Below, in pieces: positions 1 to 9,547 of a DNA stretch of 64,000 nucleotides. Within the stretch, counting starts at the first letter, position 1; every line of letters starts with the position of its first letter. A program made the translations under genes and the position numbers. The notes below the pieces were generated by a model, which did not search any database, was not told the origin of the DNA, and was given only the letters and a program-made list of their open reading frames with translations. This stretch comes from Bacillus subtilis subsp. subtilis str. 168 (GTDB taxonomy: Bacteria; Bacillota; Bacilli; Bacillales; Bacillaceae), in NCBI RefSeq assembly GCF_000009045.1, contig NC_000964.3:1922001-1986000 (forward strand). The letters are read 5' to 3'.

Positions 1-16
1 AAAAGGGGATGAAAAG

Positions 17-463
17 ATGGAACGTCACTACTATACGTACCTGATCAAAGAGGAATTTGCCAATCACTATTTCGGCCGGGAATCGGTTATGTTTGAGCTG
101 TTTCAAGACTATCATTGGACAAGCCTTGAAAAGCAGCAGTATGAAATGACAGAGAAACAGATTCAATATATTACACAACCAATCCCGATTTTACATATGC
201 ATCAGCGGTTAAAAATGAATTTAAACAAGACGGATTACAGGCAGCTGGATTATATTTATAGAATAGCTTTGCCGAAAGCAAAAGGCCACGCGACGTTTAT
301 GATGAAGGAGCACATGATAGAAATTGTGGCTTCGGGAGATTACGAGGCAGAAACGATATTCTTTGAAGTGTTAAGAAAAGTAAGCCCTTGCTTTTTAGCA
401 ATGGATTTCAATTCGAAGCGTTACGGATGGCTAAATCCGGTGAAAGAAAGAAATTTTGTCTAA
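17..463 (+). CDS. sirA: Sporulation inhibitor of replication SirA (YneE)
   Basis: 148-aa ORF MERHYYTYLIKEEFANHYFGRE with SD AAAGGGG upstream; recognised sequence and position before yneF. Confidence 0.93.
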   Translation: MERHYYTYLIKEEFANHYFGRESVMFELFQDYHWTSLEKQQYEMTEKQIQYITQPIPILHMHQRLKMNLNKTDYRQLDYIYRIALPKAKGHATFMMKEHMIEIVASGDYEAETIFFEVLRKVSPCFLAMDFNSKRYGWLNPVKERNFV

Positions 464-548
464 AACCGAAGAAAAAGAGATGTAAATGTTGTATAATAGC
501 TTTTGGTTTAGTACACTTTAAACTAGACAACATGAAGGAGGAAATAAA

Positions 549-767
549 ATGACTTTATGGGTTGGCATCCTAGTGGGCGTTGTTGCATTGCTCATAGGTG
601 TTGCACTCGGGTTTTTTATTGCTCGTAAATATATGATGAGCTACCTGAAAAAGAATCCGCCTATTAATGAACAAATGTTACGCATGATGATGATGCAAAT
701 GGGAATGAAACCTTCTCAAAAGAAAATCAATCAAATGATGAAAGCCATGAATAATCAAACGAAATAA
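549..767 (+). CDS. yneF: Small single-pass membrane protein YneF (UPF0154)
   Basis: 72 aa; N-terminal TM helix followed by [19 protein letters not shown]; SD AAGGAGG. Confidence 0.92.
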   Translation: MTLWVGILVGVVALLIGVALGFFIARKYMMSYLKKNPPINEQMLRMMMMQMGMKPSQKKINQMMKAMNNQTK

Positions 768-807
768 TACGTAAAGATTATGATATAGAGAAACATGGTT
801 ATAAAAT

Positions 808-831
808 AAAAAACCCTTATACGGGTTTTTT
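808..831. terminator. Bidirectional intrinsic terminator between convergent yneF and ynzD
   Basis: AAAAAACCC-ttatac-GGGTTTTTT. Confidence 0.75.
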
Positions 832-840
832 ATTTTGCAA

Positions 841-1014
841 TCATTCATCACCCGCTACTGCTCGAAGGCGCTGCTTTTGATATTGTATGAGAAGATGGTC
901 AAGCTCCTGACTGAGCTCTATCGTAATATGAGATGTCATTCCGTTCGCCATGACAATTTGCAGCAGCTCTGCTCTTTTTTTTTCAATTTCTTTTAATAGA
1001 TGCTCTCTAATCAC
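841..1014 (-). CDS. ynzD: Spo0E-family aspartyl-phosphate phosphatase YnzD (57 aa, GTG start)
   Basis: IEKKRAELL...SQELDHLLIQY Spo0E-like motif; SD GAAAGGA precedes GTG at 1014, so the ORF-track start at 1032 is probably too long. Confidence 0.88.
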   Translation of the reverse strand: MIREHLLKEIEKKRAELLQIVMANGMTSHITIELSQELDHLLIQYQKQRLRAVAGDE

Positions 1015-1233
1015 AGGGATGTATCCTTTCATACATTAGATCTTCAAAGTGAATGTTTATATTATATCCATATTTATACTAATTTTCAAATGAGAAGGAG
1101 TATAATGTCTCAATGTCAAATTAAATTATATAAGTTTTTTCTGAAAATAGAAATCCTTCAAGTGAAAGTGTTAAAAAAATGAAATGATTTTGTCATAACT
1201 TGAAGGAATGTCAAATCATGAAGGGATGATGAC

Positions 1234-1941
1234 ATGGGAGACGTGAATTATTTTTTGACATTCGGAGCGGGGTTTTTATCCTTTATTTCGCCTTGCTGCC
1301 TGCCGCTTTACCCAGCTTTTTTGTCATATATTACAGGGGTCAGCATGGACGATGTAAAAACTGAAAAGCTGCTGCTGCAGAAAAGAAGCTTGTTTCATAC
1401 TTTGTGTTTTTTGCTTGGCTTTTCAGTCATTTTTATTGCTTTAGGCTATGGAACATCTTTTATTGGCAGCCTGTTTAGGGATTATCACGATGCGATTCGG
1501 CAAATTGGCGCGTTGCTTATTATTTTGTTCGGTTTCATTACACTCGGTGTGTTCCGGCCTGAGGCTATGATGAAAGAGCGGAGAATCCATTTTAAGCATA
1601 AACCAAGCGGGTTTTTAGGGTCGGTCTTAATCGGAATGGCATTTGCAGCTGGATGGACACCATGTACCGGTCCGATATTAGCTGCTGTTATCACACTTGC
1701 AGGCACCAATCCGGGCTCAGCGGTGCCATACATGATGTTATATGTACTCGGTTTTGCGGTACCGTTTCTTTTATTGTCTTTTTTTATCACAAAGCTGAAG
1801 TGGATAAGGAAGAACCAGCTTTTCATTATGAAAGCTGGTGGCGTTTTGATGATTGTGATTGGTGTGCTGTTATTCTTTAATTGGATGAGCCTGATCATTA
1901 TTTTGCTGTCAGATCTTTTTGGAGGCTTTACTGGTTTTTGA
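1234..1941 (+). CDS. ccdA: Cytochrome c biogenesis / thiol-disulfide transfer membrane protein CcdA
   Basis: 235 aa, multi-TM; [12 protein letters not shown] and [10 protein letters not shown] cysteine motifs of the CcdA/DsbD TM domain. Confidence 0.95.
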
Positions 1942-2029
1942 CGGTAAATTACTTTCGTACTACTACTAATCCTTTTGTTTTTGGTACAATAAGACTATTA
2001 TCTGTGGAAATCGATTGTTGGAGGGGAAT

Positions 2030-2392
2030 ATGACAAGAGTTTTAGTTGTAGACGACGCCAAGTTCATGAGAGTGAAAATCAGAGAGATCTTGGAAGAGGC
2101 AAATTACATAATCGCAGGCGAAGCGGCGGACGGTGAACAAGCAGCTGACCTGTATAAAAAACTGCGCCCGGACCTTGTGACAATGGATATTACAATGCCG
2201 GTGAAAAACGGCATAAAAGCGCTTCGTGATATCTTAACCTTTGATCCTAAAGCGAAGGTCATCATGTGCACCGCCATGCGCCAGCAAAGAATTGTAACGG
2301 AAGCAATTGAGCTGGGGGCAAAGGATTTTATTGTTAAGCCGTTTGAGGAAACAAAAGTGCTGGAAGCTGTAAGCCGCGTTATGGGACATTAA
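2030..2392 (+). CDS. yneI: Single-domain CheY-like response regulator YneI (CcdB), 120 aa
   Basis: VLVVDD, DLVTMDITMP (phosphoacceptor Asp) and DFIVKPF; SD GGAGG before ATG at 2030. Confidence 0.9.
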   Translation: MTRVLVVDDAKFMRVKIREILEEANYIIAGEAADGEQAADLYKKLRPDLVTMDITMPVKNGIKALRDILTFDPKAKVIMCTAMRQQRIVTEAIELGAKDFIVKPFEETKVLEAVSRVMGH

Positions 2393-2470
2393 AGTCATTT
2401 CTTTTCAAAATGGTTTTTTTTATTGTTTTGGAGTATAGTATATAGTATCAACACTCCGAGAAACAAAGGA

Positions 2471-2962
2471 ATGATAAGTATGATGATTATAGTTTCATCA
2501 ATTATTGCTGTGTTAATGGCTGTAGCTGTGATGGTGGTCAGAATAAAGTCCTCTGACAAGCCTGTTTCACCAAAAAAAATCATTCTTCCGCCGATTTTTA
2601 TGAGTACGGGAGCGTTAATGTTTTTATTTCCGGTATTTTGGGTAACTGGAGCAGAGTTTTTGGAAGCATTCACTTTAGGTGTGATTTTCTCTATTTTTCT
2701 AATCAAAACTTCTAAGTTCGAAATTAAAAATAATGAAATTTACATGAAACGCTCTAAAGCATTTGTTTTTATATTAGTCGGTCTTTTGGTGATCAGAATC
2801 GTGATGAAATCGATCTTGAGCACATCAATTGATTATGGTGCACTGAGCGGAATGTTTTGGATTCTGGCTTTCGGTATGATTGTGCCTTGGAGAATCGCCA
2901 TGTATTTATCATATCGAAAACTTCATAACGAGCTGCAGTCATCTAATATTCAAATGAATTAA
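2471..2962 (+). CDS. yneJ: Membrane protein YneJ (CcdC family)
   Basis: Hydrophobic 160-163 aa protein with KKIILPPIFMSTG; start at 2471 or 2480 (SD AAAGGA favours 2480). Confidence 0.85.
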   Translation: MISMMIIVSSIIAVLMAVAVMVVRIKSSDKPVSPKKIILPPIFMSTGALMFLFPVFWVTGAEFLEAFTLGVIFSIFLIKTSKFEIKNNEIYMKRSKAFVFILVGLLVIRIVMKSILSTSIDYGALSGMFWILAFGMIVPWRIAMYLSYRKLHNELQSSNIQMN

Positions 2963-2994
2963 AAAACCTTTCCTCTTGTCAGGAAAGGTTTTTT
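2961..2994. terminator. Bidirectional terminator yneJ/yneK
   Basis: AAAAAACCTTTCCT-cttgtc-AGGAAAGGTTTTTT perfect stem with tails on both sides. Confidence 0.9.
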
Positions 2995-3421
2995 ATTTGA
3001 GAAGGGTCTGATAAGGTTCCAAATCGATTTTTTTGTCCCGCAGATGCCTTTTTAAGAAGGTATGGTCTCTTTTAGGAGTTGCGAGAATATAGCCTTTGAT
3101 CATAAGTTGCTGATCAATCTTTGCTACCTTTTCTTTTAATGCAAGCTCACCGATTTTGCCTGCGATTTTAGCTTTTGCTGCATCTCTGAACAGCTCTGGC
3201 ACGGGCGCAGTCAATTCATCTAGAAACTGTTTGTTTTCATCGTTCCATAAATGTCTGCTGTTTTCAATATAGTAATCCTGCCAATCAAGCTCTGATCTGC
3301 CGTCCTCTTTTGGTAAACGCTTTAAAAACTTTCGAAACATGAAAAAACCGCCGATTGATAATAAGACTACCATCATGATTACCCAAAACAGAATAAACCA
3401 TAAAAACCATCCTTCCAGCAT
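2993..3421 (-). CDS. yneK: YneK, membrane-anchored protein of unknown function
   Basis: 142 aa; N-terminal TM segment, then VPELFRDAAKAKIAGKIGE; SD AAGGGGG. Confidence 0.85.
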   Translation of the reverse strand: MLEGWFLWFILFWVIMMVVLLSIGGFFMFRKFLKRLPKEDGRSELDWQDYYIENSRHLWNDENKQFLDELTAPVPELFRDAAKAKIAGKIGELALKEKVAKIDQQLMIKGYILATPKRDHTFLKRHLRDKKIDLEPYQTLLK

Positions 3422-3610
3422 CAATCATTCCCCCTTATTCTAACCATATTGTATACGAAGAGAGATTAGAAGAACACAGTAAAAAAAGAATAGAAAAAAG
3501 TGATAGACGTCTAGTCAAAAGAGATAGTAGATCATATTCTATTGTATAGTGAATCTGCTATTTGGCCATGGGAGAGTCACTAGAGGGTATTTGACGATAA
3601 ATGGACGGAA

Positions 3611-3650
3611 AAAAAGTCACTTTCATAATAGGGGATGAAAGTGACTTTTT
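3611..3650. terminator. Strong bidirectional terminator downstream of cotM
   Basis: 16-bp perfect stem AAAAAGTCACTTTCAT / ATGAAAGTGACTTTTT with an 8-nt loop. Confidence 0.9.
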
Positions 3651-3654
3651 ATGT

Positions 3655-4047
3655 TTAGCTGAGAGGAAATTGAAGAGAAAAAGAAGAGCCATCTTCTGTT
3701 TCTTTATTGACGGCGACTGTGAGTATTTGATTTTCGCATTCGACTTGAATGTTTTTGTCATTAAAATAAAAAGGAAGCATCATTTGTTTTTCAAAAGTCT
3801 GTCCTGACGATTTGACAGTTAAGATGAACTCGCATCCAGAAAGGGTAACTGTTACTTGTGTAGGCTGTAAAAAAGTCAGATCCGCTTCTATAATATACTG
3901 CTGACTTGTTTCATATAAATCAATAGGCAATGTTTCGTCGTACCAGGCGAAGGGGTCTTCAAAAAATTGCCGAAGCCATTCATCCATACTATCGAAATCA
4001 TTCGCATCGTTGCGTTTTGAATGGTTCATGGAAGCATTCCTCCACAT
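3655..4047 (-). CDS. cotM: Spore coat protein CotM (alpha-crystallin/Hsp20-like)
   Basis: 130 aa, GTG start with SD AAGG; IDLYET..YIIEADL Hsp20-like strand pattern. Confidence 0.9.
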   Translation of the reverse strand: MWRNASMNHSKRNDANDFDSMDEWLRQFFEDPFAWYDETLPIDLYETSQQYIIEADLTFLQPTQVTVTLSGCEFILTVKSSGQTFEKQMMLPFYFNDKNIQVECENQILTVAVNKETEDGSSFSLQFPLS

Positions 4048-4127
4048 ATCAACCTTGCTTTACATCATATGCGGTGGATTATAAATGGGTGAACGCATAA
4101 AAAAACAGACACTAAGGTCTGCTTTTC

Positions 4128-4274
4128 TTACATATCATGGCTTGAGTTGTGCTTTTGTCTTGTATGGTTTCGGTTTTTTACTTTTTTGCTTCCGCTTAGA
4201 GGCTCGGGTTGGCCGGGATTGTGTCCTTTAGGGGCGTTTTTATGCATATCTTTACTTGTATTCTTATTGGTCAT
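4128..4274 (-). CDS. sspP: Small acid-soluble spore protein SspP (48 aa; not in ORF track)
   Basis: Manual translation [48 protein letters not shown]; SD AAGGAGG. Confidence 0.93.
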   Translation of the reverse strand: MTNKNTSKDMHKNAPKGHNPGQPEPLSGSKKVKNRNHTRQKHNSSHDM

Positions 4275-4305
4275 AAAATGAGAACCTCCTTAAAAGAGTT
4301 CGGTG

Positions 4306-4452
4306 TTATTGATTGGTTTTTCTTTTTTTGTTATTTTGGCGTTCTGCTTCAGTCAGTACAAGCTGGTCGTTTTCAATATAGCCGGCGCCTTTGCCTTGGC
4401 TTTTTGCGTCATTCATTCCGTTAATGACGTGATTCGCTTTTCTTTTGACCAT
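4306..4452 (-). CDS. sspO: Small acid-soluble spore protein SspO (48 aa; not in ORF track)
   Basis: Manual translation [48 protein letters not shown]; SD GAGGTG. Confidence 0.93.
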   Translation of the reverse strand: MVKRKANHVINGMNDAKSQGKGAGYIENDQLVLTEAERQNNKKRKTNQ

Positions 4453-4538
4453 CATTATCACCTCAATCATAATATGGCTTCTTTTATTGTGTTATATGAG
4501 AGAGCGTAAACAGTAAAAATTACCGGTACATTTTTCTC

Positions 4539-4605
4539 ATAAGTCGAACTTATTGTATTTAATAAAAACATTGATATTTACTTATGTATGATTTTGTTTT
4601 AATAT
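4539..4605 (+). promoter_or_regulatory. citB promoter with CcpC operator
   Basis: ATAA-gtcgaac-TTAT dyad at 4539-4553, half site TTAT at 4582-4585, TTTACT-17-TAATAT at 4577-4605; matches the known LysR-type CcpC architecture at citB. Confidence 0.8.
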
Positions 4606-4679
4606 GAAATTGTGAGAAAATTGTGATGGAATGTAATGTTCATCTGAGAATGATCTGATCTGAAGGGGGATTTTGGAGA

Positions 4680-7409
4680 ATGGCAAACGAGCAAAAAACT
4701 GCAGCAAAAGACGTTTTCCAAGCGAGAAAAACGTTTACTACAAATGGGAAAACATATCATTACTACTCTTTAAAAGCGTTAGAAGATTCAGGTATAGGAA
4801 AGGTTTCGAAGCTTCCTTATTCCATCAAAGTTCTTTTAGAATCAGTATTGCGTCAAGTTGACGGCTTCGTTATCAAAAAAGAACACGTGGAAAATTTGGC
4901 AAAATGGGGAACTGCCGAATTAAAGGATATCGACGTTCCGTTCAAACCGTCTCGTGTTATTTTACAAGACTTCACAGGGGTTCCGGCAGTAGTAGATCTG
5001 GCTTCACTGCGTAAAGCAATGGCAGCTGTCGGCGGAGATCCTGATAAAATCAACCCTGAAATTCCTGTTGATCTCGTTATCGATCACTCTGTACAGGTAG
5101 ATAAAGCGGGTACAGAAGATGCATTAGCAGTAAATATGGACTTGGAATTCGAAAGAAATGCAGAGCGCTACAAATTTTTAAGCTGGGCAAAGAAAGCGTT
5201 TAACAATTATCAGGCAGTACCGCCTGCAACAGGTATTGTGCACCAGGTCAACCTTGAGTTCTTGGCAAGTGTTGTCCATGCCATTGAAGAAGACGGCGAG
5301 CTTGTAACGTATCCTGATACGCTTGTCGGAACAGACTCACACACAACAATGATTAACGGTATCGGTGTTCTCGGCTGGGGTGTCGGTGGAATTGAAGCTG
5401 AAGCGGGAATGCTTGGACAGCCTTCTTACTTCCCAGTTCCAGAGGTAATCGGCGCGAAACTTGTCGGCAAGCTTCCAAACGGAACAACAGCTACTGACTT
5501 GGCGTTAAAAGTAACACAAGTGCTGCGTGAAAAAGGCGTTGTCGGTAAATTTGTTGAATTCTTCGGACCGGGAATTGCTGAACTGCCGCTTGCAGATCGC
5601 GCAACAATTGCGAATATGGCTCCGGAATACGGTGCTACATGCGGATTCTTCCCAGTAGATGAAGAAGCGCTTAACTACCTGCGCCTGACTGGCCGTGATC
5701 CTGAACATATTGATGTTGTTGAAGCATACTGCAGAAGCAATGGCTTGTTCTACACTCCAGATGCGGAAGACCCTCAATTTACTGATGTGGTTGAAATTGA
5801 CCTGTCTCAAATTGAAGCAAACTTATCGGGTCCAAAGCGTCCTCAGGATTTGATCCCGCTATCTGCTATGCAGGAAACGTTTAAAAAGCAATTAGTCAGC
5901 CCTGCAGGTAACCAAGGATTCGGTTTAAATGCTGAGGAAGAAAATAAAGAAATTAAGTTTAAACTCCTTAACGGCGAAGAAACAGTTATGAAAACGGGTG
6001 CGATCGCCATTGCTGCGATTACAAGCTGTACAAATACATCAAACCCATACGTGCTGATCGGCGCCGGACTGGTAGCGAAAAAAGCGGTTGAGTTAGGGCT
6101 TAAGGTGCCTAATTACGTGAAAACGTCACTTGCACCGGGTTCTAAAGTTGTTACAGGATATCTTGTGAATTCAGGCCTTCTTCCATACATGAAAGAGCTT
6201 GGCTTTAACCTCGTTGGGTACGGCTGTACAACATGTATCGGGAACTCAGGTCCGCTTTCACCGGAAATCGAAGAAGCGGTTGCGAAAAATGATCTTCTGA
6301 TTACGTCTGTCCTTTCCGGAAACCGTAACTTTGAAGGACGTATTCACCCGCTTGTTAAAGGCAACTATCTTGCTTCACCGCCGCTTGTTGTGGCATATGC
6401 GCTGGCTGGAACGGTAAACATTAACTTAAAAACCGATCCAATCGGTGTGGGCAAGGATGGTCAAAACGTATACTTTAATGATATTTGGCCGTCAATGGAC
6501 GAAATCAATGCACTTGTTAAGCAAACTGTTACGCCAGAGCTATTCCGCAAAGAGTATGAAACAGTATTTGATGACAACAAGCGCTGGAACGAAATTGAAA
6601 CAACAGATGAAGCTTTATATAAATGGGATAACGATTCAACTTACATCCAAAACCCACCATTCTTTGAAGAGATGTCTGTTGAGCCAGGCAAGGTTGAGCC
6701 ATTAAAAGGACTGCGTGTTGTCGGTAAATTCGGCGATTCAGTCACAACTGACCATATTTCTCCTGCGGGGGCAATCGGAAAAGATACGCCTGCCGGAAAG
6801 TATTTGCAAGAAAAAGGTGTTTCACCTCGTGACTTTAACTCCTACGGCTCCCGCCGTGGAAACCATGAAGTCATGATGAGAGGAACATTTGCCAACATTC
6901 GCATCAAAAACCAAATCGCACCGGGTACAGAAGGCGGATTTACGACGTACTGGCCGACTGGTGAAGTAACATCCATCTATGATGCATGCATGAAATACAA
7001 AGAAGATAAAACCGGTCTTGTCGTATTAGCAGGAAAAGACTATGGTATGGGATCTTCACGTGACTGGGCTGCAAAAGGAACAAACCTTCTCGGCATCAGA
7101 ACGGTCATTGCAGAGAGCTTCGAAAGAATTCACAGAAGCAATCTTGTATTCATGGGTGTGCTGCCGCTTCAGTTTAAACAAGGTGAAAATGCGGATACAC
7201 TCGGCTTAACGGGTAAAGAAGTCATCGAGGTAGATGTTGATGAAACAGTTCGTCCTCGTGACCTTGTGACTGTAAGAGCAATCAATGAAGACGGCAATGT
7301 AACAACTTTTGAAGCAGTCGTCCGCTTTGATAGTGAAGTTGAAATTGATTACTACCGCCATGGCGGCATCCTTCAAATGGTGCTTCGTGAAAAAATGAAG
7401 CAGTCCTGA
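4680..7409 (+). CDS. citB: Aconitate hydratase (AcnA/IRP type)
   Basis: 909 aa; [33 protein letters not shown] (Fe-S cysteines), [13 protein letters not shown]. Confidence 0.99.
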   Translation: MANEQKTAAKDVFQARKTFTTNGKTYHYYSLKALEDSGIGKVSKLPYSIKVLLESVLRQVDGFVIKKEHVENLAKWGTAELKDIDVPFKPSRVILQDFTGVPAVVDLASLRKAMAAVGGDPDKINPEIPVDLVIDHSVQVDKAGTEDALAVNMDLEFERNAERYKFLSWAKKAFNNYQAVPPATGIVHQVNLEFLASVVHAIEEDGELVTYPDTLVGTDSHTTMINGIGVLGWGVGGIEAEAGMLGQPSYFPVPEVIGAKLVGKLPNGTTATDLALKVTQVLREKGVVGKFVEFFGPGIAELPLADRATIANMAPEYGATCGFFPVDEEALNYLRLTGRDPEHIDVVEAYCRSNGLFYTPDAEDPQFTDVVEIDLSQIEANLSGPKRPQDLIPLSAMQETFKKQLVSPAGNQGFGLNAEEENKEIKFKLLNGEETVMKTGAIAIAAITSCTNTSNPYVLIGAGLVAKKAVELGLKVPNYVKTSLAPGSKVVTGYLVNSGLLPYMKELGFNLVGYGCTTCIGNSGPLSPEIEEAVAKNDLLITSVLSGNRNFEGRIHPLVKGNYLASPPLVVAYALAGTVNINLKTDPIGVGKDGQNVYFNDIWPSMDEINALVKQTVTPELFRKEYETVFDDNKRWNEIETTDEALYKWDNDSTYIQNPPFFEEMSVEPGKVEPLKGLRVVGKFGDSVTTDHISPAGAIGKDTPAGKYLQEKGVSPRDFNSYGSRRGNHEVMMRGTFANIRIKNQIAPGTEGGFTTYWPTGEVTSIYDACMKYKEDKTGLVVLAGKDYGMGSSRDWAAKGTNLLGIRTVIAESFERIHRSNLVFMGVLPLQFKQGENADTLGLTGKEVIEVDVDETVRPRDLVTVRAINEDGNVTTFEAVVRFDSEVEIDYYRHGGILQMVLREKMKQS

Positions 7410-7420
7410 TGAATCAATAG

Positions 7421-7451
7421 GAAGAGAAGGCATTTCGCTTTCTCTTCTTTT
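7421..7451 (+). terminator. citB terminator
   Basis: GAAGAGAAGGC...GCTTTCTCTTC followed by a T-tract. Confidence 0.8.
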
Positions 7452-7480
7452 TATGACACAATGTGCTGCGGAGGTGGCAT

Positions 7481-7993
7481 ATGCTGAAAAAATGGCTCGC
7501 AGGGATCCTGCTTATCATGCTAGTCGGTTATACGGGATGGAATTTATATCAAACATACAGCAAAAAAGAAGTCGGAATTCAAGAGGGGCAACAAGCACCT
7601 GATTTTTCTTTGAAAACGCTATCAGGAGAGAAAAGCTCTTTACAGGATGCAAAAGGCAAAAAAGTGCTGCTCAATTTTTGGGCAACTTGGTGTAAGCCGT
7701 GCCGTCAGGAAATGCCTGCGATGGAAAAGCTGCAAAAAGAGTACGCCGACAAACTTGCGGTTGTTGCGGTAAATTTCACTTCAGCTGAGAAAAGTGAGAA
7801 ACAGGTCCGAGCGTTTGCTGATACTTATGACTTAACGTTCCCCATTCTGATTGATAAAAAAGGGATCAATGCTGACTATAACGTGATGTCATATCCAACG
7901 ACATATATCTTAGATGAAAAAGGTGTTATCCAAGACATACATGTTGGCACCATGACAAAAAAAGAAATGGAACAAAAACTGGATCTTGATTAG
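7481..7993 (+). CDS. yneN: Membrane-anchored thioredoxin-like (TlpA/ResA family) protein YneN, 170 aa
   Basis: N-terminal anchor; LLNFWATWCKPC CxxC motif; cis-Pro region YPTTY; SD GGAGGT before ATG 7481. Confidence 0.92.
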   Translation: MLKKWLAGILLIMLVGYTGWNLYQTYSKKEVGIQEGQQAPDFSLKTLSGEKSSLQDAKGKKVLLNFWATWCKPCRQEMPAMEKLQKEYADKLAVVAVNFTSAEKSEKQVRAFADTYDLTFPILIDKKGINADYNVMSYPTTYILDEKGVIQDIHVGTMTKKEMEQKLDLD

Positions 7994-8019
7994 ATTCAGT
8001 TTTTTTTATACTCAAATAT

Positions 8020-8049
8020 GCTTACAAGTTTTCAGAATTGGAAAAAATA
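8020..8049 (+). promoter_or_regulatory. Putative sigmaF (forespore) promoter of ynzL
   Basis: GCTTA-15 bp-GGAAAAAATA fits the sigmaF consensus GyWTA-15-GGnrAnAnTw. Confidence 0.6.
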
Positions 8050-8073
8050 AAAGAATATGCGGAGGTGAGAAGC

Positions 8074-8199
8074 GTGAAGAAGATGAGAAAACGTTCTTTT
8101 CATGAGCTCGTCATGGAAAACAAAAAAGAGCTGATGACCAATACAGAGTATTTAAATCAGCTTGAGGAAAAGCTTGAACAGCGATTTAAGCAAAAATAA
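8074..8199 (+). CDS. ynzL: Small basic protein, FbpB-like (41 aa, GTG start; not in ORF track)
   Basis: MKKMRKRSFHELVMENKKELMTNTEYLNQLEEKLEQRFKQK; SD GGAGGTG 6 nt upstream; SFxELVxENKxEL pattern recalled for the FbpB family. Confidence 0.8.
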   Translation: MKKMRKRSFHELVMENKKELMTNTEYLNQLEEKLEQRFKQK

Positions 8200-8263
8200 C
8201 CTTTAATTTGTATTCATGTTTACCCCTCCTTTTGAGAAACCTATCTGTTGAGGAGGGATAAAC

Positions 8264-8410
8264 ATGGGAAACAACAAGAAAAACGGTCAGCCTCAATATG
8301 CTCCAAGCCACTTGGGTACAAAGCCTGTAAAATATAAAGCCAATAAAGGGGAAAAAATGCATGATACTTCAGGACAGCGGCCGATTATCATGCAGACAAA
8401 AGGCGAGTAG
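8264..8410 (+). CDS. sspN: Small acid-soluble spore protein SspN (48 aa; not in ORF track)
   Basis: MGNNKKNGQPQYAPSHLGTKPVKYKANKGEKMHDTSGQRPIIMQTKGE; SD GAGGAGGG. Confidence 0.93.
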   Translation: MGNNKKNGQPQYAPSHLGTKPVKYKANKGEKMHDTSGQRPIIMQTKGE

Positions 8411-8446
8411 CGAAAATTCGAGTTTATTTCTAGGAGGTACATCCGA

Positions 8447-8698
8447 ATGACAAAGAACCAAAATCAATATCAGCAGCCTAATCCTGATGATCGTTCTGAC
8501 AATGTGGAAAAATTGCAGGATATGGTTCAAAATACAATTGAAAATATAGAAGAAGCAGAAGCATCAATGGAGTTTGCTTCAGGAGAAGATAAACAGCGTA
8601 TCAAAGAAAAAAATGCAAGGCGCGAACAGAGCATTGAAGCGTTTCGTAATGAAATACAGGACGAATCTGCAGCGAGACAAAACGGATACCGTTCTTAA
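8447..8698 (+). CDS. tlp: Small spore protein Tlp
   Basis: 83 aa; PDDRSDNVEKLQDMVQNT...KNARREQSIEAFRNEIQDE; SD GGAGG. Confidence 0.95.
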   Translation: MTKNQNQYQQPNPDDRSDNVEKLQDMVQNTIENIEEAEASMEFASGEDKQRIKEKNARREQSIEAFRNEIQDESAARQNGYRS

Positions 8699-8722
8699 AA
8701 AACCAGGGAAACCTGGTTTTTT
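8697..8722 (+). terminator. sspN-tlp terminator
   Basis: AAAAAACCAGG-gaaa-CCTGGTTTTTT. Confidence 0.88.
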
Positions 8723-8782
8723 TCTTTCTGATTTGATTATGGTAAAATGGGGCTAAATTGACGTTAAGGGAGCAGAGTAATC

Positions 8783-9199
8783 TTGCATGTATCAAAAAAA
8801 GAAATAGAAGTGCGTTATGCAGAAACAGATCAAATGGGGATTGTCTATCACGCAAATTATCTTGTGTGGATGGAGGTCGGCAGAACGGCCTTGATTAAGG
8901 ACTTAGGCTTTTTATATAGTGATATGGAAAAAAAAGGCGTTCTGTCCCCAGTCGTTGATATCAATATTTCCTATAAAAAGCCGCTTCATTACGGAGAAAC
9001 CGCGGTTGTACATACATGGATAGAGGACTATAACGGATTTAAAACCGTCTATGGTTACCACATTTATAATCCGGCCGGTGAGCTTTCCATCAAAGCCACC
9101 TCATCTCATATTTGTGTGGATAAAGAAAGCTTTAAGCCAATTCAATTCCGCAAAGCTTTTCCTGATTGGCACACAGCATATGAAAAGGCCAAAAAATAG
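8783..9199 (+). CDS. yneP: Acyl-CoA thioesterase (YbgC/4HBT family) YneP
   Basis: VRYAETDQMGIVYHANYLVWMEVGR signature; TTG start. Confidence 0.92.
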   Translation: MHVSKKEIEVRYAETDQMGIVYHANYLVWMEVGRTALIKDLGFLYSDMEKKGVLSPVVDINISYKKPLHYGETAVVHTWIEDYNGFKTVYGYHIYNPAGELSIKATSSHICVDKESFKPIQFRKAFPDWHTAYEKAKK

Positions 9200-9214
9200 G
9201 GAAGTGAACGGGAT

Positions 9215-9514
9215 ATGGCGTTTGGTGTGAAACGGGAGGAACTTAACCGGTGGAAACAAGCAGTGAAAAGAGGAGAAATCGCATTTTTAACACATTACTG
9301 GCTGGATGACCGATTTCCAGAAGCAAAGACCGTGACAAAAGCCGGCTGTGCAGACATTGATAAGCTGGTTCAGTGGGGAGCGGCGTACGGGTTAAAAAAA
9401 GAATGGATCCATAAGAAAAGTGAATTTCCCCACTTTGATCTGCTGGGGGAAACACAAAAATATATTTTGGAACAAGAAAACCTAACCGATCATCTTATAC
9501 GATTTCATTTGTAA
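9215..9514 (+). CDS. yneQ: Conserved protein YneQ
   Basis: 99 aa; LTHYWLDDRFP, FPHFDLLG; directly follows yneP. Confidence 0.85.
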   Translation: MAFGVKREELNRWKQAVKRGEIAFLTHYWLDDRFPEAKTVTKAGCADIDKLVQWGAAYGLKKEWIHKKSEFPHFDLLGETQKYILEQENLTDHLIRFHL

Positions 9515-9547
9515 AAAAAGAACGCACATGAAGTGCGTTCTTTTTTA
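9514..9547. terminator. Bidirectional terminator yneQ/yneR
   Basis: AAAAAAGAACGCAC-atgaa-GTGCGTTCTTTTTT. Confidence 0.9.

Noticed and set aside
1485-1898. 137-aa antisense ORF within ccdA, and similar antisense ORFs over yneJ, citB, parE, parC, alsT, eglS, xynC/D and the yng genes
   Set aside because: Shadow frames of well-supported genes; no SD, no recognisable domain
3558-3807. Two overlapping 67-68 aa ORFs at the cotM 3' end
   Set aside because: Both cross the cotM terminator hairpin and overlap cotM; no SD
4209-4509. + strand ORFs of 71 and 68 aa
   Set aside because: Antisense to the real sspP/sspO genes
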